In this document: positions 22,582 through 34,100 of the stretch, in pieces
Position numbering within the stretch: the first letter of the stretch is position 1
Layout: each line of letters starts with the position of its first letter
NCBI GenBank assembly: GCA_963737655.1
Contig: CAVTTN010000002.1
Location: forward strand, 5,248,001 to 5,312,000
Direction of reading: 5' to 3'
Source of the DNA: an uncultured Planctomycetota bacterium
GTDB taxonomy: Bacteria; Planctomycetota; Planctomycetia; Isosphaerales; Isosphaeraceae
Length of the DNA stretch: 64,000 nt
Position numbers and translations under genes: made by a program
The notes under the pieces: generated by a model
Databases searched by the model: none
What the model was told of the DNA's origin: nothing
What the model saw: the letters and a program-made list of their open reading frames with translations, nothing else

Positions 22582-23542
22582 CTCGCCGGCCTCGGCCGCA
22601 ACCCCAGGGTCGCGAACATCCGGCGGTCGGCGTCGAGCTCGGGGTTCGCGGTCGTCAGGAGTTTTTCGCCGGCGAAGATCGAGTTGGCGCCGGCGAGGAA
22701 GCAGAGGGCCTGGTCCTGCTCGGTCATGTTCACGCGACCGGCCGAGAGCCGGACCATCGCCGTCGGCATCAGGATTCGCGCCGTGGCGATCATGCGGACC
22801 ATCTCCCAGATCGCCACCTTCGGCCGATCGGCCAGCGGGGTCCCCTCGACGGCCACCAAAGCGTTGATGGGCACGCTCTCGGGGGCTCGGGCAGGGAGGC
22901 GAGGGTGTGGAGCATGGCCACGCGGTCGTCGTCGGTCTCGCCGAGGCCGACGATCCCGCCGCAGCAGACCGAGATCCCGGCGTTGCGGACGTGCCCCAGC
23001 GTTTCCAAACGATCGTCATACGTTCTCGTGCGGATGATTTCGCCGTAATGCTCCGGGGACGTGTCGAGGTTGTGGTTGTAGGCGTCGAGCCCGGCGTCCT
23101 TGAGCTTCTCGGCCTGGTCGGGGGTGAGCATGCCGAGGGTGCAGCAGACCTCCAGGCCGCCGAGCGCCTTCACGCCCCGGACCATCTCCAGGACGCGGTC
23201 GAACTGGGCGTTGTCCTTGACCTCTCGCCAGGCCGCGCCCATGCAGAACCGGGTGGCGCCGCCGTCCCGGGCGTTCTTCGCGGCGGCGAGGACATTTTCG
23301 ACCTCCATCAGCGGCTCGGCCTTCACCGAGGTCGAATACCGCGCGGCCTGGGGGCAATACGCGCAATCCTCGGGGCAGCCGCCCGTCTTGACGCTCAGCA
23401 AGACGCAGACCTGGATCTCGCCCGGGTCGTGGTGGAGGCGGTGGACCGCGCCGGCCCGGGCGATCAGCTCCAGCAAGGGGGCATGGTAGATCTCGGCCAC
23501 TTCGGAACGGCTCGGGGGGGCGGTGGTCGCCGTCGTCATCAT
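22578..23542 (-). CDS. bioB: biotin synthase (frameshift at G5 run 22881-22885)
   Basis: [16 protein letters not shown]; restoring one base gives PEPPESVPIN...RLSAGR...GANSIF.GEKLLTT. Confidence 0.95.
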
Positions 23543-23582
23543 GCGAGGGGGTTCCGCTGCGGAGGGCTGAGTTTGGTTGGTG

Positions 23583-23664
23583 CTACATGACGGTGCATTT
23601 CATGCACCCTACATGACGGTGCATTTCATGCACCCTACATGACGGTGCATTTCATGCACCCTAC
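23583..23664. repeat. tandem array of three family A REPs, 26-bp period
   Basis: (CTACATGACGGTGCATTTCATGCACC)x3 + CTAC, exact. Confidence 0.95.
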
Positions 23665-23667
23665 GGG

Positions 23668-23876
23668 TCAGGACCTTCGGGAGGACTTGCAGATGACCAT
23701 GATGGCGATCCCGGCGAAGAGGCCCATCGCGAGGTAGCCGTAGAGGGGGTCTCCGCTGCTTTCTTCCTCGGCGCGACCGTGGCGGCGCCGTCCTGGGGCT
23801 GGGCGGAGGCGAAACCTGGGGCCAGCCCGGCGAGGAGGGCGGCGAGGGTCAGGGCCCGGGCGAATCGGCGGATCAT
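23668..23876 (-). CDS. small exported/membrane protein (frameshift at ~23775)
   Basis: Signal peptide MIRRFARALTLAALLAG...ASA; shifted frame AEEESSGDPLYGYLAMGLFAGIAIMVICKSSRRS*; ATGA overlap with upstream gene. Confidence 0.65.
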
Positions 23877-24463
23877 CGGGGAGGCTCCCGGAGAAGACCG
23901 GCCCGCGAGCGGGCCTTGAGTTCGACCACGGCGGCGGCGGAAGGGGCCGCCGGGGCGGGCAGCCATTGGACCAGCGGGCGGACCCGGCGGCGGAACTCGG
24001 CCCGGGCCATCGCCACCGCCTTCCACGCCGGGCCTCGGGAGCGGAGGTGCCCCACGTAGTCGTCCAGCTCCACGCCCCAGAACCGATACAGCCGGTTGCG
24101 GAACGCGAACGAGCCGTCGCCCGGCGGCAGGGGGAAGCTCGGCGGGGGCTCGGCGTAGACGAAGGCGAGCAGGGCGCGGAAGCCGGGCCCGAACAGGCTC
24201 TGCCACCGGGCCAGGCCGTCGAGGTCGTCGGTCGTGACCCAGTTCTCCCAGGCCCTCCGCCCCACGACGGTCTTGCCGCGCTTCCCCTTGACCTCCACCA
24301 CCAGGTTCAGCCCGCCCCTCACATATAGCAGAAAATCGGGGCTCTTGAGACCCCCCTCGTCCGAAATCGCGCGCTTCGCCTCGTCCACCGCCACGCACGG
24401 CACCTTCCGCGACCGGATGAACGCCTCGAAGGCGGCCTCGTAATGGTTCGAGCGATCGGCCAT
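23873..24463 (-). CDS. HYExAFE-family protein (PD-(D/E)XK-like)
   Basis: NHYEAAFE, KSPDF, EVKG. Confidence 0.88.
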   Translation of the reverse strand: MADRSNHYEAAFEAFIRSRKVPCVAVDEAKRAISDEGGLKSPDFLLYVRGGLNLVVEVKGKRGKTVVGRRAWENWVTTDDLDGLARWQSLFGPGFRALLAFVYAEPPPSFPLPPGDGSFAFRNRLYRFWGVELDDYVGHLRSRGPAWKAVAMARAEFRRRVRPLVQWLPAPAAPSAAAVVELKARSRAGLLREPPR

Positions 24464-24473
24464 GACGATCCTT

Positions 24474-24953
24474 TTACCTCGACCCCAAAACCACCAGCCC
24501 GTTCGCCGGGCCCGTCGCCTTCGGCCTCTTCCTCGGAGGGAGCACGGCCTCGGCGTATTCCCAGATCTGCTCCGGGGTCTCGAACACCTTGTCGAAGCTC
24601 CAATCGGTGTCGTACTCGCAATCGTCCGTGCTGTATTCCTGGCAGATCTTCGGCCGGTTGAAATAGATCCCGCAGCGATCGTCCTTCGTCAGGTACTGGC
24701 ATTTCGTCATCACGACGAGATACCACGTCGTCTTGCCCTTCTTCGTCTCGGTGTAGACCAAAGTCTTGCCGTGGGCGAGGTACCAGCGGATCGAGTCGTA
24801 ATCGTCCCAGGTCGAGGGCGTGTCGATCGGCAGCGAGAAATAGCGGCAGCACTTGCCGTGGCAATGGTCGCACAGGCACTCGCCGGGCTTCAGCTCGTCG
24901 CGAGAGGGCTTGCGTTTGCGCGTGCCGGCGGTCGCCACGGTCGAGGGTTCCAT
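24474..24953 (-). CDS. YkgJ-family Cys-cluster (Zn/Fe-chelating) protein
   Basis: CDHCHGKCC...CQYL...CGIY..RPKIC. Confidence 0.9.
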   Translation of the reverse strand: MEPSTVATAGTRKRKPSRDELKPGECLCDHCHGKCCRYFSLPIDTPSTWDDYDSIRWYLAHGKTLVYTETKKGKTTWYLVVMTKCQYLTKDDRCGIYFNRPKICQEYSTDDCEYDTDWSFDKVFETPEQIWEYAEAVLPPRKRPKATGPANGLVVLGSR

Positions 24954-25002
24954 CGGGGACGGGGAACCGGGTGATGGGTGATCGCGACGGACCACGAACC
25001 GC

Positions 25003-26447
25003 TCACGCCATCAACGCCGGGACGACGTTACCATGAACGTCCGTGAGGCGGAAGTCCCGGCCCTGGAACTTGAACGTGAGCCTCGTGTGGTCGATGCCCA
25101 GGAGCCTCAGCACGGTGGCGTTGAGGTCGTGGATGTGGACCGGGTCCTTCACCACATTATAGCAGTAATCGTCCGTCTCGCCGTGGGAGATGCCCGGCTT
25201 CACGCCGCCCCCGGCCATCCAGACGCTGAAGCATCGGCCGTGGTGGTCGCGTCCGTAGTTCGTCTTCGTCAGGGCGCCCTGGGAGTAGACCGTGCGGCCG
25301 AACTCGCCGCCCCAGATCACGAGGGTCTCGTCGAGCAGGCCCTTGCGCTTCAGGTCCCGGATCAGCGCGGCGGCCGGGCGATCGACGTCCTTGCACTGGC
25401 CGCGGATCTGCCGGGGGAGGTCGCCGTGCTGGTCCCACCCTCGGTGCATCAACTGGATGAACCGGACCCCTCGCTCGGCCATCCTCCGGGCGAGCAGGCA
25501 GTTGCGGGCGAAGCCGCCGTCCTCGGTCGAGTCGGTGATCCCGTAGAGGTCCAGGGTCTCCTTCGACTCGCCCTTGAGGTCGGTCAGCTCGGGGACGCTC
25601 GCTTGCATCCGATACGCCATCTCGTATTGAGCAATCCTCGTGTTGATCTCGGGGTCGCCGAACGACTGAGCGGCCATCGCGTTGAGGCGGGAGAGGCCGT
25701 CGAGCATGGCGCGGCGGTCGTCGCGATCGACGCCCGGCGGGTTCGAGAGGTAGAGGACCGGGTCGTCCCCCGATCGGAACCGCACGCCCTGATGCTTCGA
25801 CGGCAGGAAGCCGCTGCCCCAGAGTCGCGAGAAGATCGGCTGGTCGGTCTTGTTGCCGCTGCCCTGGGAGATCATCACGACGAACGCGGGGAGGTCGGAA
25901 TTCTCGCTGCCCAGGCCGTAGGACAGCCACGCGCCCAGGCTCGGGCGGCCCGGCTGCTGGGAGCCGGTCTGGATATACGTCGTGGCCGGGTCGTGGTTGA
26001 TCGCCTCGGTGTTCACGCTCCGGACGATCGCGATCTCGTCGGCGATCGACCCGATGTTCGGCAGCAATTCGCTGACCCACGCGCCGGATTGCCCGTGCTG
26101 CTTGAACTCGAACATCGGCGCCACGCACGGGAACGACGCCTGGCCGGAGGTCATCCCGGTGATCCTCTGGCCCATCCGGATCGAGCCGGGAAGCTCCTGG
26201 CCGTGGTGCTCCTTGAGCTTCGGCTTGTAGTCGAACAGGTCGATATGGCTGGGCCCGCCGCTCATGAACAGGTAAATCACCCGCTTCGCCTTCGGCGCGA
26301 AGTGGAGGGCGGGCAACGCCCCCCCTCGGCGGCGAAAAGCTCGGGGTTCAGCAAGGACGCCAGCGCCGCCGCGCCGATGCCGGTGGCGGCCCGGCCGAAG
26401 AACTGGCGGCGGGTCTGGATCTGATGAGATTCGCGGGCGGGGTCCAT
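25003..26447 (-). CDS. DUF1501-family protein with Tat signal (frameshift at C7 run 26319-26325)
   Basis: [36 protein letters not shown]. Confidence 0.92.
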
Positions 26448-26481
26448 CGGCGGTCCTCGTGGGGATTGTTCGGGCTTCGGA

Positions 26482-26994
26482 TCAGGCCGAGCGGGCCTCC
26501 GCGATCGACCACCCGGACGTCGCCAGGACGTCCCGGGCGGCGAACATCGTGACGTCCGAGAAGAGGAGGCGGACCGTCCAGCCGTTGCTCAGGAGGATCT
26601 CGTGAGAGAACTCGTCGGGCGCGCCACCGGGGCCGACCTCGTCGGCCATCCACCGGATGTCGGTCGAACAGAGATCGGGCGGCAGGGCCTGGCGATCGAT
26701 GGCCGGCTCGGCGGTCGTCCGGTAGACGAGGAGCACGAGGTCCCGAGGGGGCGATTCGGGGCGGACCTGGACGAAGAATCCCGCCTCGCCGTCGGCCAGG
26801 AGCGACACCTCGGCGTCGTGGAGCGAATAGGTCTCCAGGAGCCTCGCCAGATCGCTCGGGAGCGAGTCGCGGACCGCGTCGAGCCGGAGCCGGTAGCGCC
26901 TCTCGGCCTCTTGCCAGGCGGCATCGGCGGCGTCCATCGCGGCGTCGTCCCCGGCCTGGAGGTCGGCGTAGAGGGCCGGTGTGAAGTAGTTCAT
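26482..26994 (-). CDS. acidic hypothetical protein (MNYFTP...LHDA), putative antitoxin/immunity
   Basis: MNYFTPALY...WQEAERRY...SLHDAEV...WMADEV...HEILLSNGW; ATGA-coupled to upstream gene. Confidence 0.7.
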   Translation of the reverse strand: MNYFTPALYADLQAGDDAAMDAADAAWQEAERRYRLRLDAVRDSLPSDLARLLETYSLHDAEVSLLADGEAGFFVQVRPESPPRDLVLLVYRTTAEPAIDRQALPPDLCSTDIRWMADEVGPGGAPDEFSHEILLSNGWTVRLLFSDVTMFAARDVLATSGWSIAEARSA

Positions 26995-27320
26995 GGAGTC
27001 TTGCTCCGGCAGCCGTCGGTCTCGTAGAAGGTGTGCCCGATCGGCGGCGGGCGAAGTTGCTGGAAATGCGGGAGGGCGCCGGGCCCGGCGGCGATCTTGT
27101 GAGGGGGGGTGCCTCATCGATGGGCCGACCGCCTCCTCGATCCTCCGGGCCAGGGACCGATTGCCCGCCTGGTCCTCCCCGCAAACGACCACGTCCAGGC
27201 CGAGCCCCTCCTCGCGACCGCATCTTCCTCGGTGATCGGGTCGCCCCGGAGGACCGCGCCTCGCGAACCCGGCTCAGCCTGGTGAATCGTCGGTTCCGGG
27301 AGCGCCTCCTCCTCGTCCAT
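26991..27320 (-). CDS. small His-motif hypothetical protein (two apparent frameshifts), putative toxin
   Basis: Reconstructed ...GLDVVVCGEDQAGNRSLARRIEEAVGPSMRHPPHKIAAGPGALPHFQQLRPPPIGHTFYETDGCRSKTP*; shifts at C4 ~27205 and G7 27103-27109. Confidence 0.6.
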
Positions 27321-27321
27321 C

Positions 27322-30300
27322 TTAACCTTTCGTCACCGCCTCATCGAGGTTCAGGATCATCCCGGCGACCGTCCCATACGCGGCGAGCTCGGCCGGGTCG
27401 AGCGCGCGGTCCCTCGGCGATTCGCCCACTTCGAGGAACTTCTCGGCCTTCGACGGGTCACGCCGGAACGCGGCGAGCTCGCGGTCGAAGACCTCGCGGA
27501 GGATCGCACGCTCCTCGGGCTTCGGCCGTCTCGACGTCGCCAGCCGGAACGCGAAGGCGAGGCGGTCGTCGATCGAGGCGCCTCCCTCCTTCATCATCCT
27601 CTGGCCGAGGTTTCTCGACGCCTCGACGTAGGTGGGATCGTTCAGCAGGACCAGGGCCTGGAGCGGGGTGTTCGTCGTGGCCCTCCGGACCGTGCAAATC
27701 TCGCGGTCGGGGGCGTCGAACGTGGAGAGCGACGGCGGCGGGCTCGTCCTCTTCCAGAAGGTGTACATGGTCCGGCGGTAGAGGTCGTCGCCGTGGCTCT
27801 GCACGTAGGTTTGCGCGGTCCAGGCCGCGCCGTCGGCCCGGGACATCAGCTCCTCCCACAGCCCCTTCGGCTGATAGGGCGAGACGCTGGGCCCGCCGAT
27901 CTTCTCCTTCAACAGGCCGCTGACGAACAGCGCCTCGTCGCGGACGAACTCGGCCTGGAGCCGATGCCTCGTCCCTCGGGCGAGCAGGCGGTTCTCCGGG
28001 TCTCTTCGCGAGCCCTTCGGCCGACGCGGCCGAGGATTGCCGGTAGGCCGCCGAGGTGACCATCAGCCGGACCATCTTCTTGAGGTCCCACGGCCGGGAG
28101 CCGTCGGTGGGACTCGCGAACTCGACGGCCAGCCAGTCGAGCAATTCGGGGTGGCTGGGCGGCTCGCCCTGGGTGCCGAAATCCTCGCTGGTCTTCACCA
28201 GCCCCGTGCCGAACATCGCTTGCCAGACGCGGTTGATCGCGACCCGGCTCGTCAGCGGGTGCGCCGGATCGACCAGCCATCGGGCCAGGCCCAGCCGGTT
28301 CGACGGGGCGTCCTTGGGCAACGGCGGGAGGAACGCCGGGGTCGTCGCCCGGACCTTCTCCCCCTTCTTGTCGTACTGGCCGCGGACCAGGATGAACGTG
28401 TCGCGAGGGGCCGCCATCTCGGCCATGACCATCGCCGTCGGGGCGTTCTTGTCGATCTCCGCCCTCGCCTTCTTCACGGCCGAGAGCCTCTCCGATCGCG
28501 ATCGGCACGAAGGGTCGATCTCGGCCCGGTAGTAGGCGCGGACCGCGGCCTTCTGCGCGTCGGTCCTCGACCCGGGCTCGACGGCCAGGGCCTCGCGGAC
28601 CGCCTTCGGCAACGCCTCGATCCCCACCGCGTTGGCCGACGGCGACGCGGCCAGCCGGAACTTGCCGGGATGGTGCCCCCGGAACACGGACTGGAACGCC
28701 AGGGTCACGCGGACCTCCGCCCCCGAGACCGGCCGATCCAGGGCGAACGCGATCCAGTGGGGCTTCCCCTGCTCGGGGTCGATCGCCCAGCCCGAGCTGG
28801 GCCTGTCGTCGATCGCCAGGGACGGCGGGAAATCCGTCTGGCTGAAGTCGGCCGCCGCGGCGCGGATCCTCACGCCCTTCGGCGTCCCGTCGGCGATCTC
28901 CTCGATCTTCACGTCGGTCAGGACGACGTTCCCATTCACCGACCGCCCCGGCCCTCCGTTGGGCTGGCGGGGGTCGGCGGGCATCTCCAGGCGGACCGCC
29001 GCGACGGGCCGACCGTCTCCCTTGAGAGTGACGGTGTAGGTCTCGCGGTCGGGGTTGGGGCCGTCGGCGACGATCGTCCGGTCCTCGGCGACGGTCAGGG
29101 TCGCCCCTCCGGCCGAGAGCGCCTCCTTCACCTCCGGCGCCCTCCATTCGGCCGGGTCGCCGAGCGATCGCTCCCAGGCGGTCTGGGCGGCATCGACCTC
29201 GGGCATCGGCCCGGCGAGCCCGGTTTCGAGGGCCTGCGCCTCCGTCGCCAGGCGGTCGAGCTCGGCCTTCTGGTCGCTCGACGGGACGCGGATCATCGGC
29301 TCGGCGTTGCCCTTGGAGCCGTCCAGCCCCTTCTCCGGGACGTTGTGGAAGAACGCGAACAGGCCGTAATATTCGGACTGCTTGATCGGGTCGAACTTGT
29401 GGTCGTGGCACTGGCGCAGCCGACCGTCAGGCCGAGCCAGACCGTCGCCGTCGTGTTCACCCGGTCCACGATGTAGGCGGTGTGGTACTCCTCGGGGACC
29501 GCGCCGCCCTCGAAATTGATCATGTGGTTGCGGTTGAATCCGCTGGCGACCTTCTGGTCGGTCGAGGGCTCCGGGAGGAGGTCGCCGGCGATTTGCTCGA
29601 CGGTGAACTGGTCGAACGGCTTGTTGGTGTTGAAGGCGTCGATGACCCAGGCCCTCCAGCGGCTCATGTCGCGGCCGGAGTCGATGTGGTAGCCGTGGGT
29701 GTCGGCGAACCGGGCGGCGTCGAGCCAGTCGACGGCCATCCGCTCGCCGAACCGGGGGGACGCGAGCAGGCGATCGACGAGCTTTTCATAAGCGTTTGGC
29801 GACGCGTCGGCGAGGAAGGCATCGACCTCCGCCAGGGACGGCGGCAGGCCGGTCAGGTCGAGCGTCAAGCGACGAATCAGGGCCTCTTTCGGGGCCTCGG
29901 GCGAGGGCGCGAGGCCCTCCCGCTCGATCCTCGCGAGGAGGAAGCGGTCGATCGGGTTTTTCGGCCAGGAATGGTCGCGGACGGCCGGGATCTCGGGCCG
30001 TTTCGGCGCCAAGAACGCCCAGTGCGTGGCGAATTCGGCCCCCTCGGCGATCCAGCGGCGGAGGAGGGCGCGGTCGGCGTCGGAGAGGGTCTTGTTCGTC
30101 GATTTCGGCGGCATGACCGGCCCCTTGCGGGCCGGGTCGATCATCTTCAGGAGCCGCGATTTGTCCGGCTCCCCCGGGACGATCGCCACCGACCCCGATT
30201 CGGCCGGCTTCAAGGCCTCGTCGCGGACGTCCAGCCGCAGGCCGGACTCGCGGGCCTCCGCGTCCGGGCCGTGGCAGGCGAAGCACTTATCCGCCAGGAT

Positions 30301-30441
30301 CGGCCGGATCTCGCGGTCGAAATCGACCCGAGAGGGAGGCGGCGGATCGGCGGCCCTCGCCTTCGAGGGAATCCCGCTCACGGCCGCCGCGAGGGTCAGC
30401 GCAACCATCGGAACGAAACTGGGGCGGGGTTCCGCTCTCAT
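27322..30441 (-). CDS. planctomycete cytochrome c / DUF1549-DUF1553 (PSD1) protein (frameshifts at ~29413 and ~28005)
   Basis: CFACHG and CAQCH(DHKFDP) heme motifs; WLDAARFADT, PPSHPELLDWLA, TPLQALVLLND. Confidence 0.9.
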
Positions 30442-30503
30442 GGGAAGGTCTCGCGGGCGGGGTTCGATCGAGGCCGAGGCAAGGCAAGGCGGGCGATCCC
30501 CCG

Positions 30504-30532
30504 ATTATCCCCTTCCGGCCCTCTCGTCGCAA
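30504..30532 (-). promoter_or_regulatory. putative sigma70 promoter of the PSD1 operon
   Basis: TTGCGA-N17-GATAAT on minus strand. Confidence 0.45.
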
Positions 30533-30533
30533 C

Positions 30534-30708
30534 CAACGTAGGGTGCATGAAATGCACCAGGTCCGTCCGCGGCGGCCATCGGCCGCCCACCGCCCTCTCC
30601 CCCTCCGCCTCGTCGTGGCTCGTCGTGGGAGGAATGCGGGTGGACGTGGGAAGCGGAGGGCGGCCGACGGCCGCCGCGGGCCTGGTGCATTTCATGCACC
30701 CTACGTTG
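30534..30708. repeat. REPIN: inverted pair of family A REPs with partly complementary spacer
   Basis: CAACGTAGGGTGCATGAAATGCACCAGG ... CCTGGTGCATTTCATGCACCCTACGTTG. Confidence 0.9.
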
Positions 30709-30734
30709 ACTTCCCTCCCCCAATCGACTAATCT
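30706..30734 (+). promoter_or_regulatory. putative sigma70 promoter of blaI-like operon
   Basis: TTGACT-N17-TAATCT. Confidence 0.5.
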
Positions 30735-30777
30735 TCTCGACGTTCGACGAGTTTAACCCACCGAACGAGCGACAACG

Positions 30778-31167
30778 ATGTCCGATCCGCTGACCCCGGC
30801 CGAGTGGAAGGTCATGAAGATCGTCTGGGCCCGGGGCTCGTGCGCGGCCCGGGACGTTTATGAGGAGGCCGGGCGGGAGTTCGGATGGGCGCCGACGACC
30901 GCGAAGACGGTGCTCCGCCGATTGGTCGAGAAGGGGTGTTTGACGACCTCGGCCGTGGGCAACAGCTTCTTGTACCGGCCGGCCCCGACGGCCGTGCAAT
31001 CGTCCTTGCTCGGCGCCGCCGATACGTTGCTGGATCAGGTCCTGGACGGGACGACGGGGCTGGTCCTTTCCCACCTGGTGAAGAGGAGCAAGCTCTCGGC
31101 CAGGGAGCTGGCGGAGCTTCGCGCCTTGCTCGACTCGCATTCCCCCCACGACGAGGGCCGATCATGA
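30778..31167 (+). CDS. BlaI/MecI/CopY-family repressor
   Basis: LTPAEWKVMKIVW...WAPTTAKTVLRRLVEKG...FLYRP. Confidence 0.93.
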   Translation: MSDPLTPAEWKVMKIVWARGSCAARDVYEEAGREFGWAPTTAKTVLRRLVEKGCLTTSAVGNSFLYRPAPTAVQSSLLGAADTLLDQVLDGTTGLVLSHLVKRSKLSARELAELRALLDSHSPHDEGRS

Positions 31168-34100
31168 ACCTTGCGGCCGATTGGGTCGATCGGATGGCGG
31201 TCCCGTGGGCCTCGGCGATGGCCCGGACGTGCCTGGAGTCGTCGGCGGTTCTGGCCCTGGTGGGGGCGGTGTGGTGGCTCGGCCGCAAGAGGCTCTCGGC
31301 GGCGACGCTTCACGCCCTGTTCTTGCTGGTCCTGGTGAAGCTGGCCGTGCCGATCCCGCTGAGCCTGCCGGTGCCGGCGTCGTGGGGCCGATTCTCCCCC
31401 TCGACGGCCTCCGACCGCGTCGCCTCGTGGGCCTCCGCGCCGCAAGCGGACCCCGCGGCGGTCGTCCCCTTCGACGAGCTCCATCGACCGATCCCGCGAA
31501 ACCCCTCGGAGACGGTCGTCTCGACCGCCCCCGAGATCCCGCCCGATCCGCCGGAGGCCGCGCCGCGATGGACCGCTCGATCGGTCCTCCTGATGGGCTG
31601 GGCGGGGGTCGTCCTCGCGCTCCTGGCTCGCTTGATCGGGGCGCATCTGGCGATGGATCGGCTGGTCAGGCGTTGTCCGGTCGTCGATCCGGACGCGCTG
31701 GGGATCGACGCCTCGGGGCTGGCGAATCGATGCGGATTGAAGCGCCCGGTGCCGATGGTGGCGGTCCCGGGGCTCGGTTCTCCGGCGGTCTGGGGGTTCG
31801 TCCGGCCGAGGGTCCTCGTGCCTCCCGACCTGGCCGATGGGATGACCTCGGAGGGTTTGCGGTGGGTGATCCTCCATGAGCTGGTCCACGTCCGCCGCCG
31901 GGACGCCTGGATCGGCCTGTTCCAGAGGCTCGTGCAGATCGCCTATTTCTTCCACCCGGCGGCGTGGATCGCGAACCGGGCGATCGACGCCCATCGCGAA
32001 TTCGCCTGCGACGACGCGGCGACGGCCCTGGCCGGGCTCCCTCGGTTCGCGTGCGGCGCGGGGTTCCTCTCGGTCGTCGAGAGGGTCGGCGCCTCCCGGT
32101 CGCGGTTCTCGCCGTCGCCGGGCCTGTTCGACGAGAAATCGCTGATCCGGAGGCGTCTGATGCGCATCCTCGACGGCCGGAGGCCGCTCCGCGCGGGCCT
32201 GTCGCTCGGCTCCCTCGCCCTGATCGCGGTCGTGGCCCTCGTCGGGCTGCCCCGGCTCAAGGCCCAGGAGGAGAAGGCGAAAGCGAAGGCCCCGGCGGCC
32301 GAAGAAGTCGCCGGGCGGGCCATCGAGGTCCTCGTCCTGGCCGAGGAAGACGGCCGACCGATCGCCGGGGCGACGGTCGAGGCGACCGCCTTTCGAGGGC
32401 TCCTGGAGAAGTCGGATTTCGTGACCGATGCCCAGGGCCGATGCCGGGTCGCGATCGGCGAGCCCGCCCCGAGCGGCTTCTCCCTCTCCGCGTCGGCTCC
32501 GGGCCGCGTCCCCCTGTCGGTCGGCTGGAACGAGGACGGGCCGACCTCGAAGATCCCGGACTCCTCCACCTTCCGGCTGCCTCGGGGCGAGGCGATCTCG
32601 GGCCGGGTCGTGGACGAGGGAGGCAAGCCGATCGCCGGGGCGAAGGTCTTTCCGTGGTTGAACGGCGGAGTCGGGCCGAAGGGAGAAGCGTTCGCCTCGG
32701 GGGATCTCGCCTCGGCGACGACCGACGCCGACGGCCGATGGTCGGCGGCCCTCTTGCCCAGGGGCGTCGGGCCCGATCAGGACGTTTTGTTCCGCCTGAA
32801 GCATCCGGACTTCGTCAGCGACCGCCAGGGGTATCCTTCAAGCCGATCGCGGAAGGTCCGGGCCCTCCGGGACGGCTCGGCCTCGTGGACGATGAACCGA
32901 GGCAGGCCGGTCCGGGGCGTGGTGCTCGACCCGGCCGGTCGTCCCGTGGCCGGGGCCCCGGTGGCCCTGTCGTTCTCCCGGAGCGACGGCGACGAGGAGA
33001 GGACGACGACCGACGATCGCGGCGAGTTCGGCTTCGGCCACGTCGAGGGGCCTCGCCTGACCCTGAGCGTGGAGAAGGCCGGATTCGGCCCGGCGGTCCT
33101 GGCCGTCGATTCGCCGGCGGCGTCGCCCTTCACGATCCGCCTGGAACCCGGGACGCCCTTGACCGGCCGGGTCGTGGACCATGCGGGCGAGCCGGTGGCC
33201 GAGGCCCTGGTGAAACTCGATGACTTCGCCGGCAGCCGGGCCTGGCGGTGGACAACGCGCACCGGCCCCGACGGCCGGTTCCGGTGGAACGACGGACCGG
33301 CTCGGGGCGCCGTCTACTTCAATGTGTCGAAGCCCCCGAGCTCGGCCCTCGGCCGGATGTTCGCCGCCGGATCTCACGATGGGACCGTGGTCCTCGGCCC
33401 GATCCAGAGGCTTCTGGGCACGGTCGTCGATGACGAGACGGGCAAGCCGATCGAGACGTTCCAGTTGATCCCCGGATGGGGGGCCGGCGACGGCGTCTCC
33501 TGGCGGCGGGACGGCAGCATGAAGACGTTGAAGGGCGGCAAGTTCGACCTCACCGGCCTGTTCCCCGACCAGGACATGGTTCGCTCTCTGCGGATCGAGG
33601 CCGACGGCTACCTGCCGGGGACTTCCGAACCGTTCAAGGACAACGAGGCGGAGGTCGAGTTCGCCTTCCGCCTGAAGCGAGGCGCCTCGCTCGGAGGGAC
33701 CGTCCGGGACCGCGAGGGGAGGCCGGTCCCGGGCGTGAAGATCGCCGTGACCGAGAGGTTCCGCGAGCTGGAGTTCAGCAACGGCCAGCTCGGCGACTTC
33801 GTCCAGGCCACGAAGCCGTTCGCGAAGACCGGGCCCGACGGCCATTACGAGTTCCGCCCCCAGGACCAGGCGTATGGCCTCTTCGCGTATCACGAAACGG
33901 GCTATGCCCGGAGGTCGGCCGAGGAGCGGGTGAAGTCCGGCGACCTCACCTTGGAGCCGTGGGGGCGCATCGAAGGGCGGGCGATCGTCCAGGGCCAGCC
34001 GCTGGCGGACACGCCGATCCGGCTCACCCTGGACGCCACCGACGAACACTCGATGTTTTATGATTATTATGAATACGATGCAAAAACCGACGCCGAGGGC

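Noticed and set aside
22578..23542. bioB as pseudogene or programmed frameshift
   Set aside because: Single missing base in a homopolymer with all motifs intact; same pattern throughout the window.
23661..23663. REP-supplied stop for the small gene upstream of bioB
   Set aside because: Applies only to the uncorrected frame; the reconstructed gene stops at 23668.
23583..23664. CRISPR array
   Set aside because: Units are directly tandem with no unique spacers, match the dispersed REP, and no cas genes are present.
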